This document shows, in pieces, positions 24,241 through 34,508 of a DNA stretch of 64,000 nucleotides. This stretch comes from Obrimoposthia wandeli. Taxonomy: Eukaryota. A program made the position numbers and the translations under genes. The notes beneath the pieces were generated by a model. The model ran no database searches. It was not told the origin of the DNA and saw only the letters and a program-made list of their open reading frames with translations. The stretch lies in NCBI GenBank assembly GCA_977020255.1, contig CDROCS010001058.1, positions 124,001 through 188,000 of the forward strand. Direction: 5' to 3'. Numbering within the stretch: position 1 is the stretch's first letter; every line of letters starts with the position of its first letter.

Positions 24241-25265
24241 ATTATATTAGATGCTGATAACCAAGTTGGATCTGAATAACCATGCCATTTAACATAGTAT
24301 TGTTTATGTTTACCGGCACCCTTAGATTTTAATATTTTTGAATACGGAAAACGCTAGGTTTATTTGATATTATTTGTAGTTTTTGCTCGTAAAATTTACA
24401 GTGAACGATATTATTGTCAGCATCTTTAATAGTATACATTATTGGATTACTCTTTTGATCAATTTTACTTATACAAAATATTTCATCGCTCCATTTCTGA
24501 TCAAAGTTTTTAATAAATGGAGTAGAGCTAATTTTCGAAATTCGGACATATTCGTTTTTCTTATATTTAGCTTTTTTAATATTTTCTTTTTTATTCCTGT
24601 CCATCCAAATATCCATAGAATTTTTATTAGTAACATCAACAGGTCTCATTCCCTTGAGACCTCTATGTTCCGAGTGATTATATGCATGTATTATTTTAGG
24701 TAAAACGTGGATCCATTTTTTTATTTCCTTCTTTTGTGAAATACTTTTTTATTCGATCTCTTAAAGTACGATTAAATCTTTCTACTACTGCTGCATTATA
24801 CTGTGAAAACACAGAGTAATGATTTATATTATTTTGTTTAAATAAAGATTGAACTTGCTTATTATAAAATTCTTTTCTTAAATCAGTTTGCACATTTTGT
24901 GGAATGTCCTCTTTTAATATTTCTTTAATGGCTTTAAGCATAGCTATTGAAGACTGTGCTTTAACTGGAATTGCACGAGCAAACCTGCTAAATACATCAA
25001 TACATGTTAAAATATATCGGTATCCCTTATTAATGGAAGAATATGAGATCATCTCCATCAAATCCATTTGCCATAAATTATTAGGGCCGCTGGTTTTGTA
25101 AGCTCTAGTTGGAAACCTTCTTCTCATCGGCTTGTTCAGACTGTAGGCTAGCTGGTCGCTCAGCCATTTCTGCGTTTTCTTGTAATTTTGTTTTGTTCTG
25201 TTTGCTAATTTTGAAACTCCTGTGTAGCCAATTGGATCTTTTGGATGGAACCATATCTTCTCCAT
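24238..25265 (-). pseudogene. Retroviral-like (rve) integrase with chromodomain-like C-terminus, frameshifted
   Basis: WQMDLMEM (D), VQTDLRKEFYN (D), AAVVERFNRTLR (E); WSDEIFCI; KQYYVKWHGYSDPTWL. Its stop codon overlaps the mCP ATG. Confidence 0.93.
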
Positions 25266-25350
25266 TACTACAATTTGAATAGAAAAAAAAATTAATTTAG
25301 GTAAAGAAGGGCTAGCACCTATATCTTTAACTGATTTTATAAATAATTGT

Positions 25351-25645
25351 TTATGAACGTGTCGCAGCTATAATACTACTGATAATTGAAGCAACAACTG
25401 GAATAACAGCCCCTATGAAACCACCATTCTGTTTTACTTTAGCAATATCTAGAAGAGGTTTTCTATATTTCTTTAATATATTTTTCCGATTTCCAACTTT
25501 TACTCGACCCAAAACTATAATATACAAAACTGCCAATAAATCATATACAACAAAAGATGGAAATGCTTTAGAATAATCGTTCTCTTATGAGAAGAGGCTT
25601 TGACTAAAGCTTTAAAATAGGGTATGCTTCTTTGTATTTCTTCAT
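25351..25645 (-). pseudogene. Conserved small Polinton protein ending QNGGFIGAVIPVVASII (frameshifted)
   Basis: MKKYKEAYPI..KALVKASSHKRTIIL..VLGRVKVGNRKNILKKYRKPLLDIA..QNGGF followed by a hydrophobic helix. Confidence 0.65.
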
Positions 25646-25676
25646 TTTAATAAAAAAGGTTCAATTTGAATATTGT

Positions 25677-25817
25677 TTATATTCGAAGCCATTTAAGTTT
25701 TTTTTTATTTCTAACTACAGATTTGATTAATTTTTTCACTTCTTTTTTCTTAATGATTCTTTTTTTTGATTTTTTAGGCTTTGCTTTACGTTTTACTATC
25801 AACTTCTTAAAATGCAT
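25677..25817 (-). CDS. 46-aa highly basic (23/46 K+R) protamine-like protein, below the ORF-track cutoff
   Basis: MHFKKLIVKRKAKPKKSKKRIIKKKEVKKLIKSVVRNKKKLKWLRI*, packed between the ATPase and the QNGG protein. Confidence 0.6.
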   Translation of the reverse strand: MHFKKLIVKRKAKPKKSKKRIIKKKEVKKLIKSVVRNKKKLKWLRI

Positions 25818-25824
25818 TGTAAAT

Positions 25825-26462
25825 TTATCTTTTATGATTGTTCTCTATTTGTTTATAAACAGTTACTCCCTTAGAATTAAATATGTCGGTTAAAACACGT
25901 AAATCATCTGGGTAAGCTTGTGTAAAGTCAATAAATATATACCCATGTGCTTGTTTAGCAGCATCGTGGAATGAATCAACTAGAAAGTTCTTATTTTGGG
26001 GAAATGCCTGTTTGGCCACGAAATCAACAACTGTTTGATCTCTAGGATTTTTAAATAAAACTAAGTAATGTGCATTAAGATTTCTTGTTCTATGGTGACC
26101 TCTTTGGTGAAAAAGATTTTGAGTGACTGTTACTTCACGATGTCTTGAAATCTTCGTAAATAAATGATTAAAGTCTGATTCCTTGTTAGCTTCTTTATAC
26201 AAATCATCAATTATTATTACATCTTCTATTTCAATCTTTCACACCAATTTGCATCAAATCCTTCAATAAATTTTATACCCTTCAACTTGCAAACTTCTGT
26301 TTTGGTTAATCTGCTTTCCCCTCCTCCACCATGATGCCAATAAATATTTTTGAAACTAGATTTGAAAAGAGATTCATTTTGCAACAATTTACATACGAAA
26401 TGTGTCTTTCCACTTCCACTGGGACCAACTATTTGAAATACAGAATTATTATTTAGCTCCAT
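25825..26462 (-). pseudogene. A32/FtsK-like packaging ATPase, frameshifted
   Basis: Walker A IVGPSGSGKT; Walker B region IDDL; SRHREV..QNLFHQ..RTRNLNAHYLVLFKNPRD..HGYIFIDFTQ. Confidence 0.93.
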
Positions 26463-26499
26463 TGCATATACTCTTTCATTTTTAATATTGTTTATATTA

Positions 26500-26781
26500 T
26501 CATAGAAGTTTCCTTATTGAAATGTACAATGTTAGAGCTATTGTAGAAGAAATACAAAAATTAATTAATGAATATTTGGTTATAATTTTATTTATTTGTG
26601 TACGATTTCTAAATTCTCGAATAACGTGCGATCTAACCAATATTTCAATGTTATCTCTTGTTATATCAGTATTTTTTAATTCTGATAAAATTTCTTTACC
26701 CCTAATTTTTCCAGAAAATATTTCGTCGGCAAGACGATCCACTTCATTGTCTCTATTTATAGTATTATTCATTTGAAACAA
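26500..26781 (-). CDS. 93-aa Polinton ORF with a C-terminal hydrophobic segment, unknown function
   Basis: Intact ORF in the same operon-like run; C-terminus YSLINFCISSTIALTLYISI. Confidence 0.45.
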   Translation of the reverse strand: MFQMNNTINRDNEVDRLADEIFSGKIRGKEILSELKNTDITRDNIEILVRSHVIREFRNRTQINKIITKYSLINFCISSTIALTLYISIRKLL

Positions 26782-26800
26782 TAAGTTTAAACGGGTTTCT

Positions 26801-27167
26801 TTATATAAAAGATAATAAGATGTAATAAGATATATTTTCTAAAATCAAATCAAAAATGTCTGGATAATCGAATCTTTTCAATCCCAATATCATAACTTTA
26901 CCACTGGAAAATATATTTACACATAGCGATTTTAACTTCAAATAACTGAGAGTAGGAAAAATTTCTGGTTCAAACATGCATTCTTCTTTTATTTTCTCTG
27001 CAGTTTTTAAAAGATTTATATGTTTCCCAAGATTAGCCAAAATCGTGATTGATTGTATTAAAATTGTCAAACTTTTCCACATATTGTCTCGGCTTCCATT
27101 CATTGAATGGTAAGTACGAAACATCATCTTCTGTTCTACCTTTATAATTTATATTTACGAGTTTCAT
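26801..27167 (-). pseudogene. TATA-box-binding protein (TBP)-like gene carried by the Polinton
   Basis: IQSITILANLGKHINLLKTAEKIKEECMFEPEIFPTLSYLKLKSLCVNIFSSGKVMILGLK aligns by eye with a TBP core repeat (IQN.V...DL...I.L...YEPE.FPGL.Y....LLIF.SGK.VITGAK). The upstream frame gives MKLVNINYKG..LPF..KPRQYVEK. Confidence 0.72.
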
Positions 27168-27416
27168 TAGACTAAAATTGTATTCTATAAAATCTTCTTT
27201 ATATATGTCTGAACCTGCTTTTTTATTGCACGTTTCTTGTAATTATCTTGCAAACCTATTATAATTGGATGATATATTTCTTCCAATAAAATTTGATTTT
27301 TAATATGGATTTAGTCCAATCAAATTCAATGCTTTAGTTATATTAACCAATGAGATTCATGTCTTTGTTAGAAATTAGTATAAAAGAATGCGCCATTGGA
27401 GGAAAAATCACAGTAA

Positions 27417-27877
27417 ATGCATTCATATCAAAGACAATTATCAACGATGGACGATAGCCAACGGGTATTAAGCGATGATAAAGATATAGAAATGTTTGAA
27501 GAATCGGATAAGGATATGTATGAAGAAGTGAAACAATATTTCAAATACAAAGTCAGATTCTTGAAGAAGGCTCAACTGATTGCTTTAGTAAATCCTGTGA
27601 CAATTGAAAGAAGAAAGTTCAGCTACTATCTATCAAATATTCAAAAATCAGATTTTCAATATCTTAAACAGAAAGTTGAAAAGGCAGCAACGAATTTTAT
27701 ATCCGAGGAGCCGATGAAGCATTTCTAGATGACTATGGAAAATATGTTGATTTTGATGCGTTTCCGAAAAAGAAGCAATGGACTCTAACAATTCGACTTT
27801 ATGGTTACAAGAAAGATGAAATGGGAACAAAGTTGCCTATGTGGAAAATTGAACGTGCTCATATTTCTATGTTTTAA
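27417..27877 (+). pseudogene. Polinton ORF, paralog A of a tandem pair (frameshift near 27707)
   Basis: LKKAQLIALVNPVTI...SDFQYLK, then after the frameshift QWTLTIRLYGYKKDEMGTKLPMWKIERA. Similar to 28027-28437. Confidence 0.6.
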
Positions 27878-28026
27878 CTTTTTTATTTTGCGTGTAATAA
27901 ATTGTAATCGGTTTTACTATGTTTCTTTCATTTGGCAATTAATAATCAGTTTTATTTTTTAAATATTTGTATATTATATGTATTTTTTTATAAACATTGT
28001 TTTTTAATCAGTTTCCTTATTTTAGA

Positions 28027-28437
28027 ATGGATTCTCTTCTGAGATGTGTAGCAAATTTTTATTATCCAGAAAGAATTTCAAAAGGAAAACTATGTAATAT
28101 ATTAAAGAGGCATCAAATTATACGAGTTAGGAATCCTGTGAAAATATCAAAAGTGGAGAATAAATATCTCATCGAAATTTTAACCACATCTGATATTGAT
28201 CAATTGAAAAATATTTTGGGAATTTACATTCCTGATTATGTATATGAAGGAAATTGTTTCCAGCTTGAAATTGATCCCAGTCTGGATTTTAAAGATGATC
28301 TAGGATATTTGATTGCTCCAATTCTAGATGAAGAACTATGGAATATCTCAATACGTCTCAATGGATATTTTGCTGATGACGGGAAAATGCAGCCTCTTTG
28401 GACTTTGAGTGACGCCAATATGTTAATTTATGTTTAA
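28027..28437 (+). CDS. Polinton ORF, paralog B; possible OB-fold ssDNA-binding protein
   Basis: LKRHQIIRVRNPVKI...SDIDQLK...LWNISIRLNGYFADDGKMQPLWTLSDA. The fold assignment is inference only. Confidence 0.6.
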   Translation: MDSLLRCVANFYYPERISKGKLCNILKRHQIIRVRNPVKISKVENKYLIEILTTSDIDQLKNILGIYIPDYVYEGNCFQLEIDPSLDFKDDLGYLIAPILDEELWNISIRLNGYFADDGKMQPLWTLSDANMLIYV

Positions 28438-28784
28438 TAAATATTTTGAAAAATAATTTTGTCTCGTATTTTGTTTTTTCTCCTCTAAATTATATAGATC
28501 TGATCAATTTTTTATCCTATAAATTCTAAAACTGACATAGATATTTTAAAAAAACATGTAGTAATTTATTAATCTAAAATCTTTCTTAAAAATAGTAGTA
28601 ATATATTATTTGAAATCTCGTCTGCGATAAGCCGCCGGGGCCAATATGGATTCCCGTGGTCTTCTCTAACCACTTTTTAGATTCGCAGTAAAATTTTTAA
28701 AAATTGTGGTGGGGGGCCCTTCCTTCCCCCTTTGGGTAGAATGGAGACATACATACACGAAATTTCACTCCACACACATGCACG

Positions 28785-28867
28785 AAATTTCACTCCACAC
28801 ACATACACGGTTTTAAAGGACAGTGGGGGGAGGGGTGTGTGGATTAGACCGGACACATCCCTCTACT
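28785..28867 (-). repeat. Polinton right TIR (83 bp), with an adjacent ~25-bp subterminal duplication at about 28752-28805
   Basis: Inverted match to 13071-13152. CAT(A/G)CACGAAATTTCACTCCACACA occurs twice in tandem. Confidence 0.95.
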
Positions 28868-30140
28868 CGCATTATTAAGGCCTGGATATCATTGAGCAGG
28901 GACCAAATTAGAGCCTAGTTAGGGCTACACTGATTCGGCGCGTGAAAGGCGCCCTACTTCTGATATCAACATTGCTAGCAGCTGTAGAACGAGTCAAGTG
29001 AGCTGGGCTCATTGTGCCTAGGAAACCACCTTTTTGGGTTCGATGAATGACACCCCACGCAAAGTAGCCTATTGAGCCGTTGTAGAGTGCTGATGAGATT
29101 ATTTTTGAAACCAGAGACGTAATTAGTGGAGATGCCAGTGGGCTTAGCTGAAACGGTATAATGCTAAAAAACGTATAGAATATAAGAAATATTATTTCTG
29201 TTCGAGAAATAATGAATTTAGTCTCAAGTTCAGTCATGAATATTTGTACTCAAAAACTGATTCCTTGCTCGTTCTAAAGAAAGGAACATAACAGCCACCA
29301 TGTCAATTTGAGGTTATAAAATCTGTCAATCAACCTGGTCCCCTACTAAGGATAGATTGTCATCATTGTCATCCTGTGTCCAGCTATTTCAAGAAGTCTT
29401 TATTTGGAGCAGACAAAGGCAGATGTTTGTGCCTTGCTGAGACGTCTTTCAGTTCTTCCAATGCAGCATACGAGATCCCTTTCAAGACCTGTGAAGGTTT
29501 GCCCAACGTGCTTGTCATGCGCAGACACAAGACCAACTGCCATCGGACTTCGAGCAGTACATATACGAGTTTACGTCAAGATTTTTGCTTTTTCATGACG
29601 GTCTTCATAACTCATCTCATTTTTATATTGTATTCTTTTTCCACTGGCACAAATCCTTCGAGGTTAATTCTCCCATGTCCATCCACCTCGGCCACGTTTA
29701 TCACGTAGTGAGTAAATCGAATCTCAGACGAGAGTGGATAAACACTCCTCATGCATCATATTTCTCACAGGTCCAGAGAGCAGTCTCTGGTCTTCTAAGT
29801 CTCACTGACATCAGTTGTGAGCAGCTCGAGCCTCAGATACATGTGTACCCATCTGTCCTAGTCAGCTTGAGGATACTTGCGCCACCGATGTAGATATGCC
29901 CATCGTTGAGAGAGTGCGCCAGATATTTCAGCATACAATCTCCACCGCACTGTCGACCATACACTGCAGGATGGAGCTTATATACATCACCAGTGCAACG
30001 CTGTCTGCTTACGAGAGACAGTCGTTAACTCTTCTGTGGAACTGATCGCCTGCAAAGGGCACTGTGCAGAATTCCTTGGTCGCATGGTTGATACCGATGT
30101 TGAAGAGCAGCATAGACAGTGAACAACTAATTCCATTGTT
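28868..30140 (-). pseudogene. Decayed non-LTR retrotransposon reverse transcriptase (host site of the Polinton insertion)
   Basis: One frame reads SCSLSMLLFNIGINHA...VNDCLS*ADSVALVMYISSILQCMVD, consistent with the LSPLLFNI and LAYADD..L...LQ.M RT motifs. Confidence 0.58.
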
Positions 30141-30539
30141 TGGCTCATCAGGATTGTGATTAAAGAGAAATAAATTAATTTTAACTTCACTGGTGCTATT
30201 CTGTACAAAGTTGGTAAATATATCGTTCACTTCACGTCTAACTCTTCGTTTGCAGTGTGTTGAAATGTAGTTGATTGAAATGTAGTAAATGTTAGTTAAA
30301 GTAATTTCCTTTCTAAGAAATTTTTTTTTTCATAGAAGTTAATTCTTTTTCAGTTTAAGACAATCCAAGTTTAATTTTTAATTTGTAAAGAAATATAAAA
30401 ATAATCGAAAATGTTGTTTCAGAATCAATAATGTCTAAAAATGACGAAATGTTTATTATTATTTAGTTTATTAACCTTTTCAGACATTATTCTTAAATTG
30501 ATGATTTTTCAAAATTAAAGAAACCAAAGGAAGCTCAAA

Positions 30540-30800
30540 TATAGAGAATATTGGGACAAAGTTCGTTGGTGGTGCTCATATGAAAATGAAATAAGTCAAT
30601 TAAAAACACTTTTGAAATTAAGTTTACCAACTTCTAATTAAAGTGTTTTTTTTTGGATTTTCATTGTTAGAATTTTTATTTCAGACAAACATGCTGTACA
30701 TGACTTAATGTTTAGCAGTAGAATAATTGAAACTCCGGTACCATTATGGAGATCGATGAATCCCTATGTTTAAGGGGAAAATTAATAGAGGTCGATTGGA
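30540..30800 (+). pseudogene. Merlin/IS1595-like transposase relic
   Basis: WWCSYENEISQLK..LSLPT and GTIMEIDESL(frameshift)FKGKINRGRL resemble the G.IVEIDES.F.KRKYNRGR motif. Confidence 0.55.
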
Positions 30801-33800
30801 GCCTCAATTATGAATATTATGAGGGGAACAAGATTCATATCCATTGAAGATGTTTCTTGAAAAATTAATCTGGAATACCCTGAAATGAAACAAAGTATGT
30901 TTTCAGCTTTTATTCCCAAGTTGAAAATTCCTAAATATCAAGACAAATAAATATTGTAATTTTCACGACATTCTTAGCCACCTTGATGATTCTTCCTGAT
31001 TTAATTTGACGTTCGAACGGGATTGGCAGTAGTTTCTGGCTTTCTGGATTTGCAATATCTTCGTTTACTTCCTTCGACATCAGTTATCTTGTTGATTCTG
31101 TATCGATTTTCTCGTATGGGTGCTTTATGCTCGCAAAATAAGGCGATAAAATAATAATTAGCTTTGCCTCTTTCACTGAACGTTCGTTCATCATTTCAAA
31201 CAATTCTTATGCATAATGTTTATGTCTGGTCTTGTTAGAAATGTTTGTATATATATTCCAAAAACATAAAATCGAGAATTTAAACAATCGATCATGCGAA
31301 GACTTACTTGGGGTTATGCATACCAGAAATGGGATTGAGCTTTAAGCATGATTCAGTACAAGCTCCCAATAGCGTTTATTCAACATACATTCATTATTTA
31401 GTGTCTTCGTAACAAATTCGTGTATTAATTTATCAGAACAATATATAACACGATATCTAACGATCTTTTGTGATCTCCCGAAAATATTCTCTCAGTTTTT
31501 GTTTATATAAATAACACTGAATGATTCAGTTTTTCACCATAAAATTTTCTCGTTTGTTTAACCAATCCATCTAGTATCTGCTGCTCATCATCATTATCTA
31601 CTAGGTACTGTTCCACTCTGCTGAAGACAATAGACTTATCTTAGTTGAAGAGTCTCCAGCTTTCTTATTTTACATAACTTGTATCATCCTTTCTTTGTTA
31701 TATATATATATATTTGTAGAAACATTCTTACGACATTGACGATGATATGCGCATTAAGATCTTACGATGGTTTGAAAATAGTGGTTCTTAATTCCTATAA
31801 TTTTAATATAAAATCTAAAAGTACAATTTGAACCAGAAATTTTATGATACTGGGTTATATTGGCCTAAGAATAATAGTCCTGCCATACTGTTGTGCAAAG
31901 CTAAATTTTTCAAAATCAGCATACACCCTAAATTCAACGATAGCACATTTTGCCAATCTCTAAATTTTATATTTTTATCCTTTGACATACTGTACAACAC
32001 ATTGTCATCAGGATTCAGTGTACATAATTTCAAATGTTTGCTGAATGGGAGCTCAGATCTGAATCCATACAAACATCTATGATACCACTTACACATTATC
32101 CTAACATGTAAGGCTGCATTGTCTAAATTTAGAAGATAATCTAAATTGCAAATAGCTGCAAATTTATTGTTGGGCTCAAGCAAAATTAAGTTGACTGGAG
32201 TCCCTTCATTTTGCTCCTGTGAATTACAAATGCAAAAGGATTTTTAAAATTTCATCCAGTGTTATATTTTCTGGAATATCGGTATTATATTTGAATACAT
32301 TAATACTCAAGTTATTCATGTGTTCAAATTTAGATATCACAATTTCATTTAGAAAAGGAGAATATTCTCTTTGCTCAGTAATTACAGCCATTTTAAGGAT
32401 GGCCAACATGCTATACGGGAAACAAAAGTTATCACTGGTTTGTACGTTAACAATAGAACGTAACACTTGAAGAGATATAGGTGAGGAAATTTATGAACTC
32501 CCCGAAAGATAAATCATATCAGTGAACTTTGTTAAAACAAAGTTAACACCGTGAATTCTAACTAGAGTCCATCCACTACTTAACTCGCTTTAATTAACAA
32601 GTTTTTCATCTAAATTTATTCCTATATTAGTTACAAAGTTATCACAAAATACTGTAGCCCTATGTGAAATTATTCAAGTTTTAGTTTCTTCTTTTACATT
32701 TTTAAACTGAACTGTTGCACAAAATTTTACCTTAGTATGTCTTAATTTAGTCACTTTTGATTTTAAAAGATTCTCAATATTTGAATCTATACTTACATTC
32801 ATTAATATTTTATTATCCATAGGCAACTTTACTATAACATATTTATTATTTCGGTGATTTTTAATATTTGTACCGTTTTTCTACGTATTTTGGGTAGGGC
32901 CATATTTAAAAAATTGGCCTCGTCTTTTTCTGCATACCATCGCCGACAAACCTCCCTCTAATTGAACTGGAAGTCCACTTGTGGTTGATGTCGAGACTAC
33001 GGTAACTAATGTTGATACTGCGGCTGATGTTGGTTCTGCAGTTGAAGAAGTGAATCGGGTCATTCTGAATGCTGTTCTAGAAGATGGTGGTGCTGCCTCT
33101 GACGATAATGTCGTTAAATACATAGCTGCTGAATAAATAAATTTCAATAAATATATTATATATTATAATTTATAACAGATTACTTCTTAATCTAATCAAC
33201 ATAGACCCTGGCGCCACCATCGATGATCGAGACTTTGGAGTTCAGGACTCTAAACCTCGGGATGTGATTGCATTTGAGGCCTATAGTGTAGATTATGCAG
33301 CTGCTGAATAAAATATATTAATTAAATTATATATTTTAAACATTACCTCTAAAGCTTGTAAACAACAACTTAAGCACTCGAGGCATCATATATGGGGGGT
33401 CATGCTAGCCGTTGCAGAGTAAGTCACCAGTGTTGACTGCTTTCCAAATAAATATATATAATATTAAATAATGTATGTGACCCATTTACTTAAATGGAAA
33501 AAACATAATAAATAATCAAATCTGAAACCCAATTAAGTAGATCCAACTGATACTGCAGATTGTTGGGGGAAAAGGTATTCTTCGTCAATGGCATCCATTC
33601 GGTTTTCATCGGTCAGCTGAAAATCGGATAAGCCGATTTCGTCCAACCAGCTGTTGTCGCTCCATGAAGATGAAGGCTCTCTATTTTGAAATCCGACTGG
33701 GTTATATGATTCATTCAGTTGTTGTTCGAGAGTTGAGTTGCTAGATCCAACTTACCGGATACTCCTTGTCTTCCATAACGAGAAGATGTAACATACCTAC

Positions 33801-33848
33801 TCATAAAACCTCGGCCGATATTAAGCGGAAGTGGTGTTAAGTTTAAGA

Positions 33849-33966
33849 AGTTTCACTTTAACTTTTACACAATTTCAATAAATTTCACTTTAACTTTTAC
33901 ACAATTTCAATAAGTTTCACTTTAACTTTTACACAATTTCAATAAGTTTCATTTTAACTTTTACTC
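33849..33966. repeat. Tandem repeat, ~3.6 x 32 bp
   Basis: Unit TTTCACTTTAACTTTTACACAATTTCAATAAG at 33851, 33883, 33915 and 33947. Confidence 0.92.
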
Positions 33967-34377
33967 AAAAAGGCGATGTTTAAATGAGACACTTTTCTCA
34001 CATGTTCTTCTACGAATGCTTTCTAATGCTGGCGTAAGTCCACGTCGAGAGTGTCGTCCTTTGACCTGTTCCTCGACGTTCCCGCGAATAGTGGCTCCGA
34101 GCTGTTCTCCGAAAACGGCGTTATGGAAATTCTGGCTTGATCTCGACTCGCTCGGTGCTCGTTCAAATGCTGGAAGTGAATAGACGATTCTACTCCTTGT
34201 TATTTCGACTTACTGATTCTGCTGTGTCCAACTGGTTTGTTGATCCGTCTCCGTTCCTCTGCTTGACGTGATACTCGGTTTCTCTTTTCTGGGAATCAAG
34301 GAAGGAAAATTCTTCTTTTTATATAATTTACCTTTTTCTTTTTATTCAGACACTAATTGGCTGTGACTGACTATTCA

Positions 34378-34508
34378 GAGCACTTAGCTGCGACTGGGAT
34401 GATTGCGAGCACTCAGTTGTGACTGGGATGATTTACAGCATTTAGTTGTGACTGGGATGATTCCGAGCACTTAGTTGCAACTGGGATAATTCTGAGCACT
34501 TAGTTACA
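34378..34508. repeat. Tandem repeat, ~4.5 x 29 bp
   Basis: Unit approximately GAGCACTTAGTTGCGACTGGGATGATTNC. Confidence 0.9.

Larger units (their letters stand above)
13071..28867. mobile_element. Full-length (15,797 bp) Polinton/Maverick (adintovirus-like), mutationally disabled
   Basis: TIRs at 13071-13152 and 28785-28867 start 5'-AGTAG. 6-bp TSD CGCATT at 13065-13070 and 28868-28873. pPolB on +; protease, MCP, core protein, mCP, integrase and ATPase on -. Confidence 0.97.

Noticed and set aside
29400-30000. Sema/plexin-like reading (LKYLAHSLNDGHIYIGGASILKL)
   Set aside because: Another frame gives the ordered RT motifs LLFNI and CLS*ADSVALV..LQCM, which explain the region better. There is no coherent exon structure for a plexin.
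30960-31600. Gypsy integrase C-terminal tail (PVRTSN*IRK)
   Set aside because: Only one short degenerate motif, with no supporting DDE or RT sequence.
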